Translations under genes and position numbers: made by a program
Shown: positions 38,701-47,641 of the stretch, piece after piece
Numbering within the stretch: the first letter of the stretch is position 1
Layout: every line of letters starts with the position of its first letter
Notes under the pieces: model-generated
The model's input: the letters and a program-made list of their open reading frames with translations, nothing else
Database searches by the model: none
What the model was told of the DNA's origin: nothing
Assembly (NCBI GenBank): GCA_963816355.1
Contig: CAWFKH010000002.1
Coordinates: 1 to 64,000, forward strand
DNA length: 64,000 nt
Reading direction: 5' to 3'
DNA from: an uncultured Gemmatimonadales bacterium
GTDB lineage: Bacteria > Gemmatimonadota > Gemmatimonadetes > Longimicrobiales > RSA9

Positions 38701-39130
38701 CTTCGACGGCGTGCGCGCGCTCGATCGCGTCCCGGACGAGCCGCGCGACGAGGGCGGCCGAGCGGGCCTCGCCGGAAGAGGCCGGCGCGGCGGCGTCGAC
38801 GGCGCTGAGCAGCGACGCCTCGAGCGACGGCTCGTGCTCCTCGACGTAGAGCGCGATCCGCTCGTCCGGGACGGAGCGCAGCAGCGGCCGCACGAGGGCG
38901 GCGACGGCGAGCGCCGCGAGCACGACGAAGAGCACGACGCGGAACGCCGTGATCGACGCCGGCGAGAAGGCGAAGTACTCGAGGCCGTATGCCGCCGCGA
39001 CGAGGACGACGAGGCCGCCGGCGACCACGGCGGCGAGGCCGCGCAAGGCGACCCGCAGCCGCCACCGCCGGCGTGCCGAGCGGATGATGCGGAGCAGCTC
39101 CGCGCGCGACGTGCTCGCTGTGTCCGGCAT
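35708..39130 (-). CDS. Large membrane-anchored coiled-coil protein (DUF4175-like)
   Basis: Three N-terminal TMs, Ig-like region with ADDYGV, Q/E/R-rich helical tail ending EEYFRSL. Confidence 0.8.
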   Translation of the reverse strand: MPDTASTSRAELLRIIRSARRRWRLRVALRGLAAVVAGGLVVLVAAAYGLEYFAFSPASITAFRVVLFVVLAALAVAALVRPLLRSVPDERIALYVEEHEPSLEASLLSAVDAAAPASSGEARSAALVARLVRDAIERAHAVEDGRRIERGGLRAASAVIVVAAGVGLFAAAAGPAFLRHAARALLEPWRAAPDVAPYRLAVRPGSVTVARGADQAVSARLVGFSSGGADLLVRGADGGYERVPMTRTAGDSAAFDAILFDLQRGTDYFVEAGGVRSPLYHIDVADLPYARRLDVEYRYPAYAHLPPRTVEDAGDLAALRGTVARLRVVTTIPAAGGRIVRADGRAFPLRPDGPLALAAAVPLDRPGSYHVELQAPDGRPVEGSPEHTIEILEDEPPTVTFDKPGRDVRATNVDELFLQARAADDYGVARLDLVYAVNGGEEKTLGLYAPKAAPLREVSAGRTFYLEEMGLQPGDLVAYYARATDGGPDGRASGSTTSDIYFVRIRDFRKDYHAAEQRGAPGGGQGQQDGALSERQKEVISATFNLKRDAPSLAENDRREHRTTIQLAQARLRGEVDGLVRRMQERRVATIDSTFLRIMDVLPRASAAMMEAETQLDSGRVAEALSPEQRALRHLQAAEELYRDVQVSLGDSQGGGGGGAGQTADDLADMFQLEMDRLRNQYESVQRGRDEQTQQELDATMERLKELARRQLQAAERQRRLSRQGSAGSGGGAAADQRQLADSVDAEARRLERLAHEDPQRRESLEQAAHRLRDAAGAMRRSAADGSAAGARDAADRLDRARRLLERSSADRLAAAAADAQRRAADLAAEQAAVEADARDLAGRGNPAGAERDRLLQRKDRLAAGVAQLEHDLDAIAGAARGAQRDSARPLADAAKAIRDDRIQDKIRFSKSVAAAPPSTYGRQLEHDITANLDSLATRLDGAGRALAAAGEEGRGRERALERARRLATGVEAMGQRMQDAGEAARAGGQAQPGGRQDAAASPQAVGSGERSGAAGGGPPRALGADPVRQFRREARERLADADSLARLLAAEGIDAGDLDGVRAALRRLTTAAPYRDPAALARLQADAVQRLKEFEFSLRRRLQGDDERRALLSGSREVPERFRKLVEEYFRSLAGSGNR

Positions 39131-39132
39131 TC

Positions 39133-41289
39133 CTACCTCCCGTTCGGCGATGCCGCCGGCGCGCCCCCGCCCGCCGGCCTCGAGAGTCGATTGGAGAGGG
39201 CGGTCTCGATCGCGAAGAGGATGAAGGCGACGAGGAGAAGATAGCGCCACCCGCCCTGCTGGCGCTCGCGATCGGCGACGCTCGGCGCATCGGCCGCGCG
39301 CACGTCCGCGTCCGCGTCCGCGGGCGCCGTCACCGCCGCGGCCAGTTCCTGCGGATCGAGCGGCGTCAGGTCCGCCTCGGCCGGATCCACGTTCACGGCG
39401 AGGACCGTGGTGGCGGGGTCGGCCGATCCGCCGGACGCAGCCGATCCGCCGGATGCAGCCGATCCGTCCGACGCGGCGGCGCGGCCCGCGGCCGGCTTCA
39501 CCCGCACCTCGTAGAAGCCGCGCTGCCGCAGGTCGAGCGTTCCCGTCTCGGGGTTCAACTGCGCCGCGCCGCCGTCCGGCGCCACGACGACCGGCGCTCC
39601 GGCCTCCCCGGCGGCGGACGGCGCCGCGCTCCACACGTCGCCCACGGTCCACGACGCGGGCGGCACCGCGTAGCCGGCCGCGTACTTGACCAGCTCGTGC
39701 AGGAACGGGAGGAACACCGGGTTCAGGGGGGCGTCGCTCCACGAGGCGTCCAGCGGCGTCGTCCACAGCAGCACGCGGCCGGCGCCCACGTGCCGCTCCG
39801 CCAGCGCCACGCCGCCGTCGTCGAAGCGCGCCAGCACCGCCGTGGAGTCGCCGGGACGGACGTCGCGGCGGCGCAGGAAGCGGATGGCGGTGAAGTCGCC
39901 GCTGTGTGGCGCGGCGAACGGCTCGAAGACCGGGTGCGCGAAGTCGAGCCGGCCGAGGGCGACGCCGTCGCTCGGCTGCGCCTCGACGGTCGGGCCGAGC
40001 GTTCCCGGCGCGGGGAGCGCCGCGTCGCGGGGCCAGCGGGCGTCGCCTCCCGCCACCACCACCAGGCCGCCGCCGCGCTCGACCCACCCGGCGAGCGCGC
40101 GCCCCGCCGCGCCGCCCGGCAGCGCCGCGTCGTCCAGCACGACGGCGCCGCCGTCCGGCAGTCCGCTGCCGCGGAAGCGGCGCGCGGGCATGACGGTGAC
40201 GCGGAAGCCGGGGTCGCCGCCGACCGCCAGGGCGCGGCGGATGTAGAAGCCGCGCCCGGCGTCGCTCGCCTCGAGCATCAGCACCGGCATCGCCGCGCCC
40301 GGCGTCAGGCGGAAGCGGAACGCGTCGTCGGCCGGCAGCGCGTCCGGCGTGACGCGGACGGCGCCGCGCACCGGCTGCGCGAGCACGAACGGCGCGAACT
40401 CGACCGTCGCGGCGCCGCTCCCGCCGAGCCGCACGGGCCGCTGTTGCACCGGCCGGCCGTCCAGCTCGAGCGTCGCCACCACGTCGGCGCCGGCGGCGGA
40501 ATCCGAGCCGACGCGGGCCAGCCGCGCGGTGGCGGTGACGCGCTCGCCGGTGCGCAGCCGCTCGCGGCGGAACGTCACGCCCGCGACCGCCACGTCGCCG
40601 CCGCCGGCCTCGCCGCCGTCGCCGCCCTCGATCGGCACCGGCACGAGGCGGACGCCGGGCGGCAGGCGCGCGGGCGGCTCGTCGCCGCGGCCGCCGCGCT
40701 GGAAGTCCGAGACGAGGCGGACCTCGCGGCGCGGCGCGGTGGAGGCGGCGAGGAAGCCGGCGGCGAGGTCGAGGGCGGGCGCGTAGCGCGTGGCCGCCGA
40801 GCCGACGGTGGCGGCGCGCAGCTCGGCGCGCAGCGCGTCGCGGTCGCCGGTGGCCGGTCCGAGCGCGCGCGCTTCGGTGTCGAAGAGCACGAGGCGGGCG
40901 CGGTCGTCCGGGCGCAGCGAGTCGATCGCGGCGGCGGCGGCGGCGCGCGCGGCGTCCCAATGGCCGTCGTAGCCCATCGAGTAGGAGCGGTCGAGCAGGA
41001 TCACGACGTCGCGGGCGCCGTCGCGCGCGGCCGCGGCGCCGCCGCGGTCGAGGAGGGGGCGCGCGAACGCGGCGGCGAGCAGCACGATCGCGAGCACGCG
41101 CAGCAGGAGCAGCAGCGGGTGCCGGATGCGCTGCCGCCGCACGGTGCGGAAGGGAATCCGCTGCACGAACATCAGCGACGGGAACTCGACGGTGCGGCCG
41201 CGCTCGCGGTGGATCAGGTGGATCGCGATCGGCACCGCGATGGCGGCGAGGCCGGCGAGGAATGCGGGCGCGAGGAAGGAGAGGCCCAT
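39133..41289 (-). CDS. BatA-domain/vWA protein
   Basis: PIAIHLI...FPSLMF BatA N-terminus; DRSYSM MIDAS. Confidence 0.88.
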   Translation of the reverse strand: MGLSFLAPAFLAGLAAIAVPIAIHLIHRERGRTVEFPSLMFVQRIPFRTVRRQRIRHPLLLLLRVLAIVLLAAAFARPLLDRGGAAAARDGARDVVILLDRSYSMGYDGHWDAARAAAAAAIDSLRPDDRARLVLFDTEARALGPATGDRDALRAELRAATVGSAATRYAPALDLAAGFLAASTAPRREVRLVSDFQRGGRGDEPPARLPPGVRLVPVPIEGGDGGEAGGGDVAVAGVTFRRERLRTGERVTATARLARVGSDSAAGADVVATLELDGRPVQQRPVRLGGSGAATVEFAPFVLAQPVRGAVRVTPDALPADDAFRFRLTPGAAMPVLMLEASDAGRGFYIRRALAVGGDPGFRVTVMPARRFRGSGLPDGGAVVLDDAALPGGAAGRALAGWVERGGGLVVVAGGDARWPRDAALPAPGTLGPTVEAQPSDGVALGRLDFAHPVFEPFAAPHSGDFTAIRFLRRRDVRPGDSTAVLARFDDGGVALAERHVGAGRVLLWTTPLDASWSDAPLNPVFLPFLHELVKYAAGYAVPPASWTVGDVWSAAPSAAGEAGAPVVVAPDGGAAQLNPETGTLDLRQRGFYEVRVKPAAGRAAASDGSAASGGSAASGGSADPATTVLAVNVDPAEADLTPLDPQELAAAVTAPADADADVRAADAPSVADRERQQGGWRYLLLVAFILFAIETALSNRLSRPAGGGAPAASPNGR

Positions 41290-42209
41290 CACCGCACCCG
41301 CGTCAGGCGCGCGCGCGCGCCGAGCCACGCGAAGAGGGCGCGGTCGAGCGGCGTCGCCGTGTCGATCAGGACGTAGTCGATCGCGTCGCGCGCGAAGAGG
41401 CGCGACAGCTCCGCCGTGTGCGCCGCCACCAGCTCGCCGTAGCGCTCGCGCATGCGCTCCGGGACCACCGGCGCGCGCTCGCCGGTCTCCGCGTCGACGA
41501 AGGTCGCGGCGTCGTCGAAGGGGAACGACAGCTCGGCCGGGTCGAGGACGTGGAAGACGACGACGTCGCCGCCGCGCACGCGCAGCCGCCGCACCGCCGC
41601 CGCGGCCGCCTCCGGCTCCTCGTACAGGTCGGAGACGAAGGCGACGAGGCCGCGCCGGCGCAGCCCGTCCGCGATGCGCGCGAGCGGGCCGGCGAGCGCG
41701 GGGGCGGGACGGCCGGGCCGCAGCCGGTCGAGCGCGTGCAGCACCACGTCGAGGTGGCGCGCGGAGGCGGGCACGCGCTCGACCACATCGGCGTCGAAGG
41801 CGACGAGGCCGACGCGGTCGCGCTGGCGGTGCGCGAAGTAGGTGAGCGTCGCCGCGAGCCGCCGGGCGTAGTCGAGCTTGGTGTAGTCGACGCTTCCCCA
41901 GCCCATCGAGCGGGAGACGTCGAGCACGACGACGAAGTCCGCGTTCGTGTCGGCCTCGAACTGCTTGACGTAGTAGCGGTCGGTGCGCGCGTAGAGGCGC
42001 CAGTCGACGCGGCGGATGTCGTCGCCCGGCATGTAGGCGCGGTGCTCGGCGAAGTCGAGCGAGAGGCCGAGGTAGGGGGAGCGGTGCAGCCCGTTGATGA
42101 AGCCATCGACGACGGTGCGCGCGACGAGTTCGAGGTCGTCGATGCGCGCGAGCGCGGCGGGGTCGATGAAGCGTGCGCCCGGGCGGCCCGGCGTCGTCGT
42201 CGGCGTCAT
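41289..42209 (-). CDS. DUF58 protein
   Basis: FAEHRAYMPGDDIRRVDW; LDVSRSM. Confidence 0.93.
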   Translation of the reverse strand: MTPTTTPGRPGARFIDPAALARIDDLELVARTVVDGFINGLHRSPYLGLSLDFAEHRAYMPGDDIRRVDWRLYARTDRYYVKQFEADTNADFVVVLDVSRSMGWGSVDYTKLDYARRLAATLTYFAHRQRDRVGLVAFDADVVERVPASARHLDVVLHALDRLRPGRPAPALAGPLARIADGLRRRGLVAFVSDLYEEPEAAAAAVRRLRVRGGDVVVFHVLDPAELSFPFDDAATFVDAETGERAPVVPERMRERYGELVAAHTAELSRLFARDAIDYVLIDTATPLDRALFAWLGARARLTRVR

Positions 42210-42218
42210 CGTCTCAGC

Positions 42219-43253
<1,035 letters not shown>

Positions 43254-43264
43254 GCCTCCGCCTC

Positions 43265-44056
43265 CTAGTGGGTCATCGCGTAGATGATGTAGTTGATGCC
43301 GAGCTTGTACGCCTCGTTCGAGAGGTCGATCGGCAGCAGCCCCTGGTCCGACCACTCCCAGTACTCGCTGACATCGTTGTTGTAGTTGACGATCGCCAGC
43401 AGCGCCTTCTTCGGGTCGTTGTCCCGGTAGATCCCGTAGAAGACCGGGCGGAAGCGCCGGTTGTACGGCGCGTCGAAGGCCAGCGTGTCGATGTCGAAGA
43501 ACGAGTGGAAGATCGGGTCCTCCGCCGTCAGCTCGATCAGCCGCGCCTGCGGCAGCACGCGCCCGATCTGCCGCTCGAAGTTCGTCCAGTCGCGGCCGCG
43601 GAAATCGTCGAAGATGACGAAGCCGCCCTTCAGCAGGTAATTGCGCATCCCCACGACCTCCGCGTCCGTCGGGTTCCAGTAGCCCGCCTCGCAGAAGTAG
43701 ACGATCGGAAACTCCGCCAGCCGCGGGTCGTCCGACGTGAAGATGTTGCTCGCGTCCAGCACCGGCTCGATCGACGTCAGCTCGCTCAGGATCTTCGCCA
43801 GGTGCCGCTCCGCGCGCGGATAGTCGTGCGCCCACTCCGGCAGCGCCCTGCCGTCCGGCTCGAACTGCAGCCGCGCCCCCGGGCCGAGCGTGTATTTGAT
43901 GCGGGCGAGCGTGTAGCGGCCGTCGTAGGCGACGTCGTCCCCCTGGTCCGCCTGGCGCGCGGCGGGGCGGCCGGTCCGGCCGAGCGGCCCGAGCGCGGCA
44001 AGCGAGCCGGCGCCGAGCGCGGCGAGGGCGAGGGCGGCGAGGGCGGAGCGGGTCAT
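43265..44056 (-). CDS. DUF4159-domain protein
   Basis: WAHDYP, YLLKGGFVIFDDF, AYKLGINYIIYAMTH. Confidence 0.85.
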   Translation of the reverse strand: MTRSALAALALAALGAGSLAALGPLGRTGRPAARQADQGDDVAYDGRYTLARIKYTLGPGARLQFEPDGRALPEWAHDYPRAERHLAKILSELTSIEPVLDASNIFTSDDPRLAEFPIVYFCEAGYWNPTDAEVVGMRNYLLKGGFVIFDDFRGRDWTNFERQIGRVLPQARLIELTAEDPIFHSFFDIDTLAFDAPYNRRFRPVFYGIYRDNDPKKALLAIVNYNNDVSEYWEWSDQGLLPIDLSNEAYKLGINYIIYAMTH

Positions 44057-46554
44057 GGAGCGCCTCCATCTCCGGCGTGGAGCCGCAGCAGCAGCGCCTG
44101 CGCCTTCTGAAAGTTCGGTGCGACCTCGAGCGCGTGGAGCACCTCGCGCCGCGCGGCGGCGGCATCGCCCGCCTGCAGCAGCGCGAGCGCGAGCTGGTAG
44201 AGCGCCTCGGCGCGGTCCACCGGCGCGAGCGCGACGACGGCGCGGCGCTCGCGTACGGCGCCACGGTGGTCGCCGTTCGCCGCGTCGAGCGCCGCGAGGC
44301 GCTCGTGCAGCGCGGGGTCGAAGGGCGAGATGAAGATCGCCTCGCGCAACGCCGCGGCGGCCCCGGCGTCGTCGCCCATCGCCTGCCGCAGGGAAGCGAG
44401 CTGGGTGCGGGCGAAGTAGTCCCGCTCGTCGAGGGAGTCGAGGCGCGCGAGCTCGCGCGCCGCGGCGGCGGTGTCGCCGCGCTGCAGAGCGACGCGCGCC
44501 AGGAGCGCGTAGGCGTTGCCGGGGCCGGCGTAGGCGGGGAAGATCGTCTTCGCGCGCCGCAGGTGCGTGGCGGCGTCGTCGAGCCGCCCCTGCTGCAGGA
44601 GTCGGGCGCCGGTCCGCAGCTCGGCCTCGAAGCCGTCGTCGCGGCCGAGCGAGGCGAGCGGCGTCGCGAAGCGGCGGCGGAGGAACGCGTCGAAGTCGCG
44701 GTCGAAGGCGGCGGGGTCGGTGCCGAGCACGTCGTGGAACACGTCCGCCTGGGAGTCGCCCTTCGCGAAGCTGTGGAGCATGGCGAGGATCGCGTCGAAG
44801 CCGTGCTCGTCCTCGATGCGCTGCACGACGAGCGACGCCTCGTAGTACGAATGCACCACCTGGCCCGGGTAGCTGGGTCGCACGAAGCCGTCGCCGAGGC
44901 GGCTCACGGGGAGGATGCGGCCCTCCTTCAGCGCCTGCAGGAAGCTCGGGTCCGGCGGGTGCCCCCAGCCGGGGCGCGCGCGCCGCTCCTCGCGCACCGC
45001 CAGCCCTTCCGTCAGCCACCGCGGCACGCGCTGGCCCGTGAGGCCGAGATGGAAGACGTGCGCGATCTCGTGCCAGAGCGTCGAGCCCCAGTTGAAGTCG
45101 CCGCGGTCGCGCGCCGACGGGGAGTCCATCGCGACGACGCGGCCAAACGTCACGCCGAGCGCGCCGAGCCCGACGAGGCCGGCCGTGCGCACGGAGAAGT
45201 CCGCGTGGCGCGGGAAGACCTCGACGCGCACGCCGGGCGGCGGCCGGTAGCCGTAGCGCGCCGCCAGCGAGTCGTACGCCTCCTCGGCCAGCGCGCCGAC
45301 GTAGGGCGCGAGCAGGTCCGCCTCGTCGCCGCGCAGCACCAGCTCGAAATGCTCCGTATTCACCGTGCGGTACTTCTCGAACGTGTCGAGCAGGTCGAGC
45401 GTGTTCTTGTACCACACGTTGTACGGATCGCGGCGGAACGCCGCCTCGAGACTGGCGCGCGCCGCCGCCACGTGGCCGAGCCGCAGCTCGTTGATGCCGA
45501 CGATCCCCCGCGCCCGCGCGGACGTCGAATCGAGCGCCAGCCCGCGCCGCGCCAGCGCCACCGCGCCCGCGTAGCGGTAGCCCTGCAGCGCCATCTCCGC
45601 GACGTCCGCGTAGAAGTCGGCGCAGCGCGGATCCAGCGCCAGCGCCCGCCGCTCGACCGCGCCGAAAGCGGCGTCGTCGCCGGCCAGGTAGGCGGCCGCG
45701 GCGAGCACCGCGAGCGCCGGCAGCGACGTCGAGTCGACCGCCAGCGCGCGCTCCGCCTCGTGCCGCGCGCCGTCCGCCTCGCCCCCGCCGAGCGCGAGCC
45801 GCGCGAGCAGCACGTGCGCCGGGACCAGGTTCGGGTTCGTCTCCAGCGCAGCCCGCGCGCTGTCCGCCGCCCCGGCCGCGCCGTCGAAGTCGAGGACGCG
45901 GGCGATGCCGAGCCGGGCGCGTGCGTTCGCCGGGTCCCTCACGAGCACCGCGCGGAACTCGTCGCGCGCGTCGGCGCTGTTGTACTTCTCGAGGAAGAGG
46001 TCGCCCGCGCGCAGCCGCGGCTCGAGCGCCTCCGGGTCCGCCGCGACCGCCTCGTCGTAGGCGCGCAGCGCGTCCTTGAACAGCGCCGGGTCTCGCGCGC
46101 CCAGCCGGCGCGCCGCGGTGCCGACCGCCGTGAGCTCCGCCGCGCCGAGAGGGCCGGCGTTGTACGCGGCGATCGCCCGTTCGTACTGCGACCGCGCCGC
46201 CGCCACCTCGCCGCGGCCCTCCAGCACCAACCCCAGCTCGACCGCCGCTACCACGCCCGCCGCCCCGCGCGCCCTCGCCGCTGCGCGCAGCACGCGCTCC
46301 GCCTCGGACCTCCGCCCGCGCAGCCGCAACACGTGGCCGAGCAGCGCACCCATCTCCGGCGACGTCGCAGCCGCCGGCCGCGCCGCGGCCTCCGCCTGCT
46401 CGTAGCGGCCGACGTCGATCAGCGCACGCACGCGCGCGGCGCCGCCCGCCCCGCCCGCCGCGTCGGGGCCCTGCCCGCACGCCGGCGCGACGACGAGCGC
46501 GAAACCGGCCGCGAAGGCCGCCACCCGCCGCGCCACCCGCCTCACGGGACGCAT
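44053..46554 (-). CDS. TPR protein with clan-MA metallopeptidase domain
   Basis: TPR-like repeats flanking HEIAH...PRWLTEGLA. Confidence 0.85.
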   Translation of the reverse strand: MRPVRRVARRVAAFAAGFALVVAPACGQGPDAAGGAGGAARVRALIDVGRYEQAEAAARPAAATSPEMGALLGHVLRLRGRRSEAERVLRAAARARGAAGVVAAVELGLVLEGRGEVAAARSQYERAIAAYNAGPLGAAELTAVGTAARRLGARDPALFKDALRAYDEAVAADPEALEPRLRAGDLFLEKYNSADARDEFRAVLVRDPANARARLGIARVLDFDGAAGAADSARAALETNPNLVPAHVLLARLALGGGEADGARHEAERALAVDSTSLPALAVLAAAAYLAGDDAAFGAVERRALALDPRCADFYADVAEMALQGYRYAGAVALARRGLALDSTSARARGIVGINELRLGHVAAARASLEAAFRRDPYNVWYKNTLDLLDTFEKYRTVNTEHFELVLRGDEADLLAPYVGALAEEAYDSLAARYGYRPPPGVRVEVFPRHADFSVRTAGLVGLGALGVTFGRVVAMDSPSARDRGDFNWGSTLWHEIAHVFHLGLTGQRVPRWLTEGLAVREERRARPGWGHPPDPSFLQALKEGRILPVSRLGDGFVRPSYPGQVVHSYYEASLVVQRIEDEHGFDAILAMLHSFAKGDSQADVFHDVLGTDPAAFDRDFDAFLRRRFATPLASLGRDDGFEAELRTGARLLQQGRLDDAATHLRRAKTIFPAYAGPGNAYALLARVALQRGDTAAAARELARLDSLDERDYFARTQLASLRQAMGDDAGAAAALREAIFISPFDPALHERLAALDAANGDHRGAVRERRAVVALAPVDRAEALYQLALALLQAGDAAAARREVLHALEVAPNFQKAQALLLRLHAGDGGAP

Positions 46555-47576
46555 CACCGGCCACCTCCCGCCGCGCGCAGCGCCGCGTCGACGCGCGCGA
46601 GCTCCAGGAGCAGGCTCTCGAGCTGGCCCTCGTAGGCGATCGAGTCCATCCCCGCGCGGGCCGCCTTCAACGCATCGATCTTCGCCTCGAGCCCGCGCTT
46701 GCGCTCCTCCAGCGCCCGCACCTTCGGGTCCGCGGCGCCGCCCGGCGCCGCGGCCGCCGCGGCCGCCGCGGCCGGCGCGAGGAAGAACGTCGCGGCCGCT
46801 TTCGCGTCGGCGTCCTCGGGCTTCGGGTCGCCGCTGCCCTCGCCGTCGCCGTCGCCGTCCAGCAGTGCGTGCTCGCTCTGCAGCAGGCGCCGCCCGTCGT
46901 AGGCCCGCCCCACTTCGCGCCGCGCATAGAGGAACGCCTCCAGCAGCGAGACGCGGCCGTCCTTGTCGGTGTCCGCGCCATCGCCGGCGATGGCGTCCAC
47001 GAAGTAGCGGCCGAACCGCGTCGCGTTCGACTCGGCGCCGCTCCGCGTCGCCGTCACGACCAGGCGGCCCTCGCCCTTGAGCGCGGGCACGAAGCCGCCG
47101 CTGGCGCTCGCCGTGTTGACCACCGCGACGCGGCGCCCGGCCAAGCGGTCGAGCAGGGCGGCCAGGTCGGCCGCGGTGAGGTCCGGCCCGGGCAGGTTCA
47201 GACGCGGCTCGCCGCCTTGCGCGCTGCCGTGGCCGATGAAGAGTAGGAGGACCTCGTCGCCCGGCGCGGAGCGGCGCGCGAGCGCTTCGATCGCGCGCGT
47301 CACCGCCGCGCGCGTCGACCGGCCGGCGATCCGCCGCGGATCCCGCTCGGGCCGCTCCGCCAGGAACACGGCGTCCGCTTCGGCGAGGCCGTAGCGGCTG
47401 CGCGCCGCGTCGACCGCGCGCGCGCCCAGCGTGTAGAACGTGTCGGCGTACTCCGGCGTGCCCCCGATCCCGCTCACCACGAGGAGGTGCGTGCGCTGCG
47501 CGGCGGCGGGCGCCGCCGGGAGCGCGATCAGTAGCAGCGCCAGGGCCCATGTGGCCGGAGGCTGCCGCGGGCTCAC
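46554..47576 (-). CDS. Secreted caspase/C13-like fold protein
   Basis: Signal peptide; FIGHGS, NTASASGGF, ADTDKDGRVSLLEAF. Confidence 0.7.
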   Translation of the reverse strand: MSPRQPPATWALALLLIALPAAPAAAQRTHLLVVSGIGGTPEYADTFYTLGARAVDAARSRYGLAEADAVFLAERPERDPRRIAGRSTRAAVTRAIEALARRSAPGDEVLLLFIGHGSAQGGEPRLNLPGPDLTAADLAALLDRLAGRRVAVVNTASASGGFVPALKGEGRLVVTATRSGAESNATRFGRYFVDAIAGDGADTDKDGRVSLLEAFLYARREVGRAYDGRRLLQSEHALLDGDGDGEGSGDPKPEDADAKAAATFFLAPAAAAAAAAAPGGAADPKVRALEERKRGLEAKIDALKAARAGMDSIAYEGQLESLLLELARVDAALRAAGGGR

Positions 47577-47641
47577 GGGCGCCGCCGCGCGGCCCCGGAA
47601 GCGTCGTCCCCCCGCGTGGCTCACGCGAGCCCCTGCGCTCC

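Noticed and set aside
34538..39244. Very long plus-strand ORFs (1568 aa here; also 15572-18526, 44077-46635, 47549-50218)
   Set aside because: Antisense shadows of real genes in high-GC DNA; Arg/Ala-rich with no motifs.
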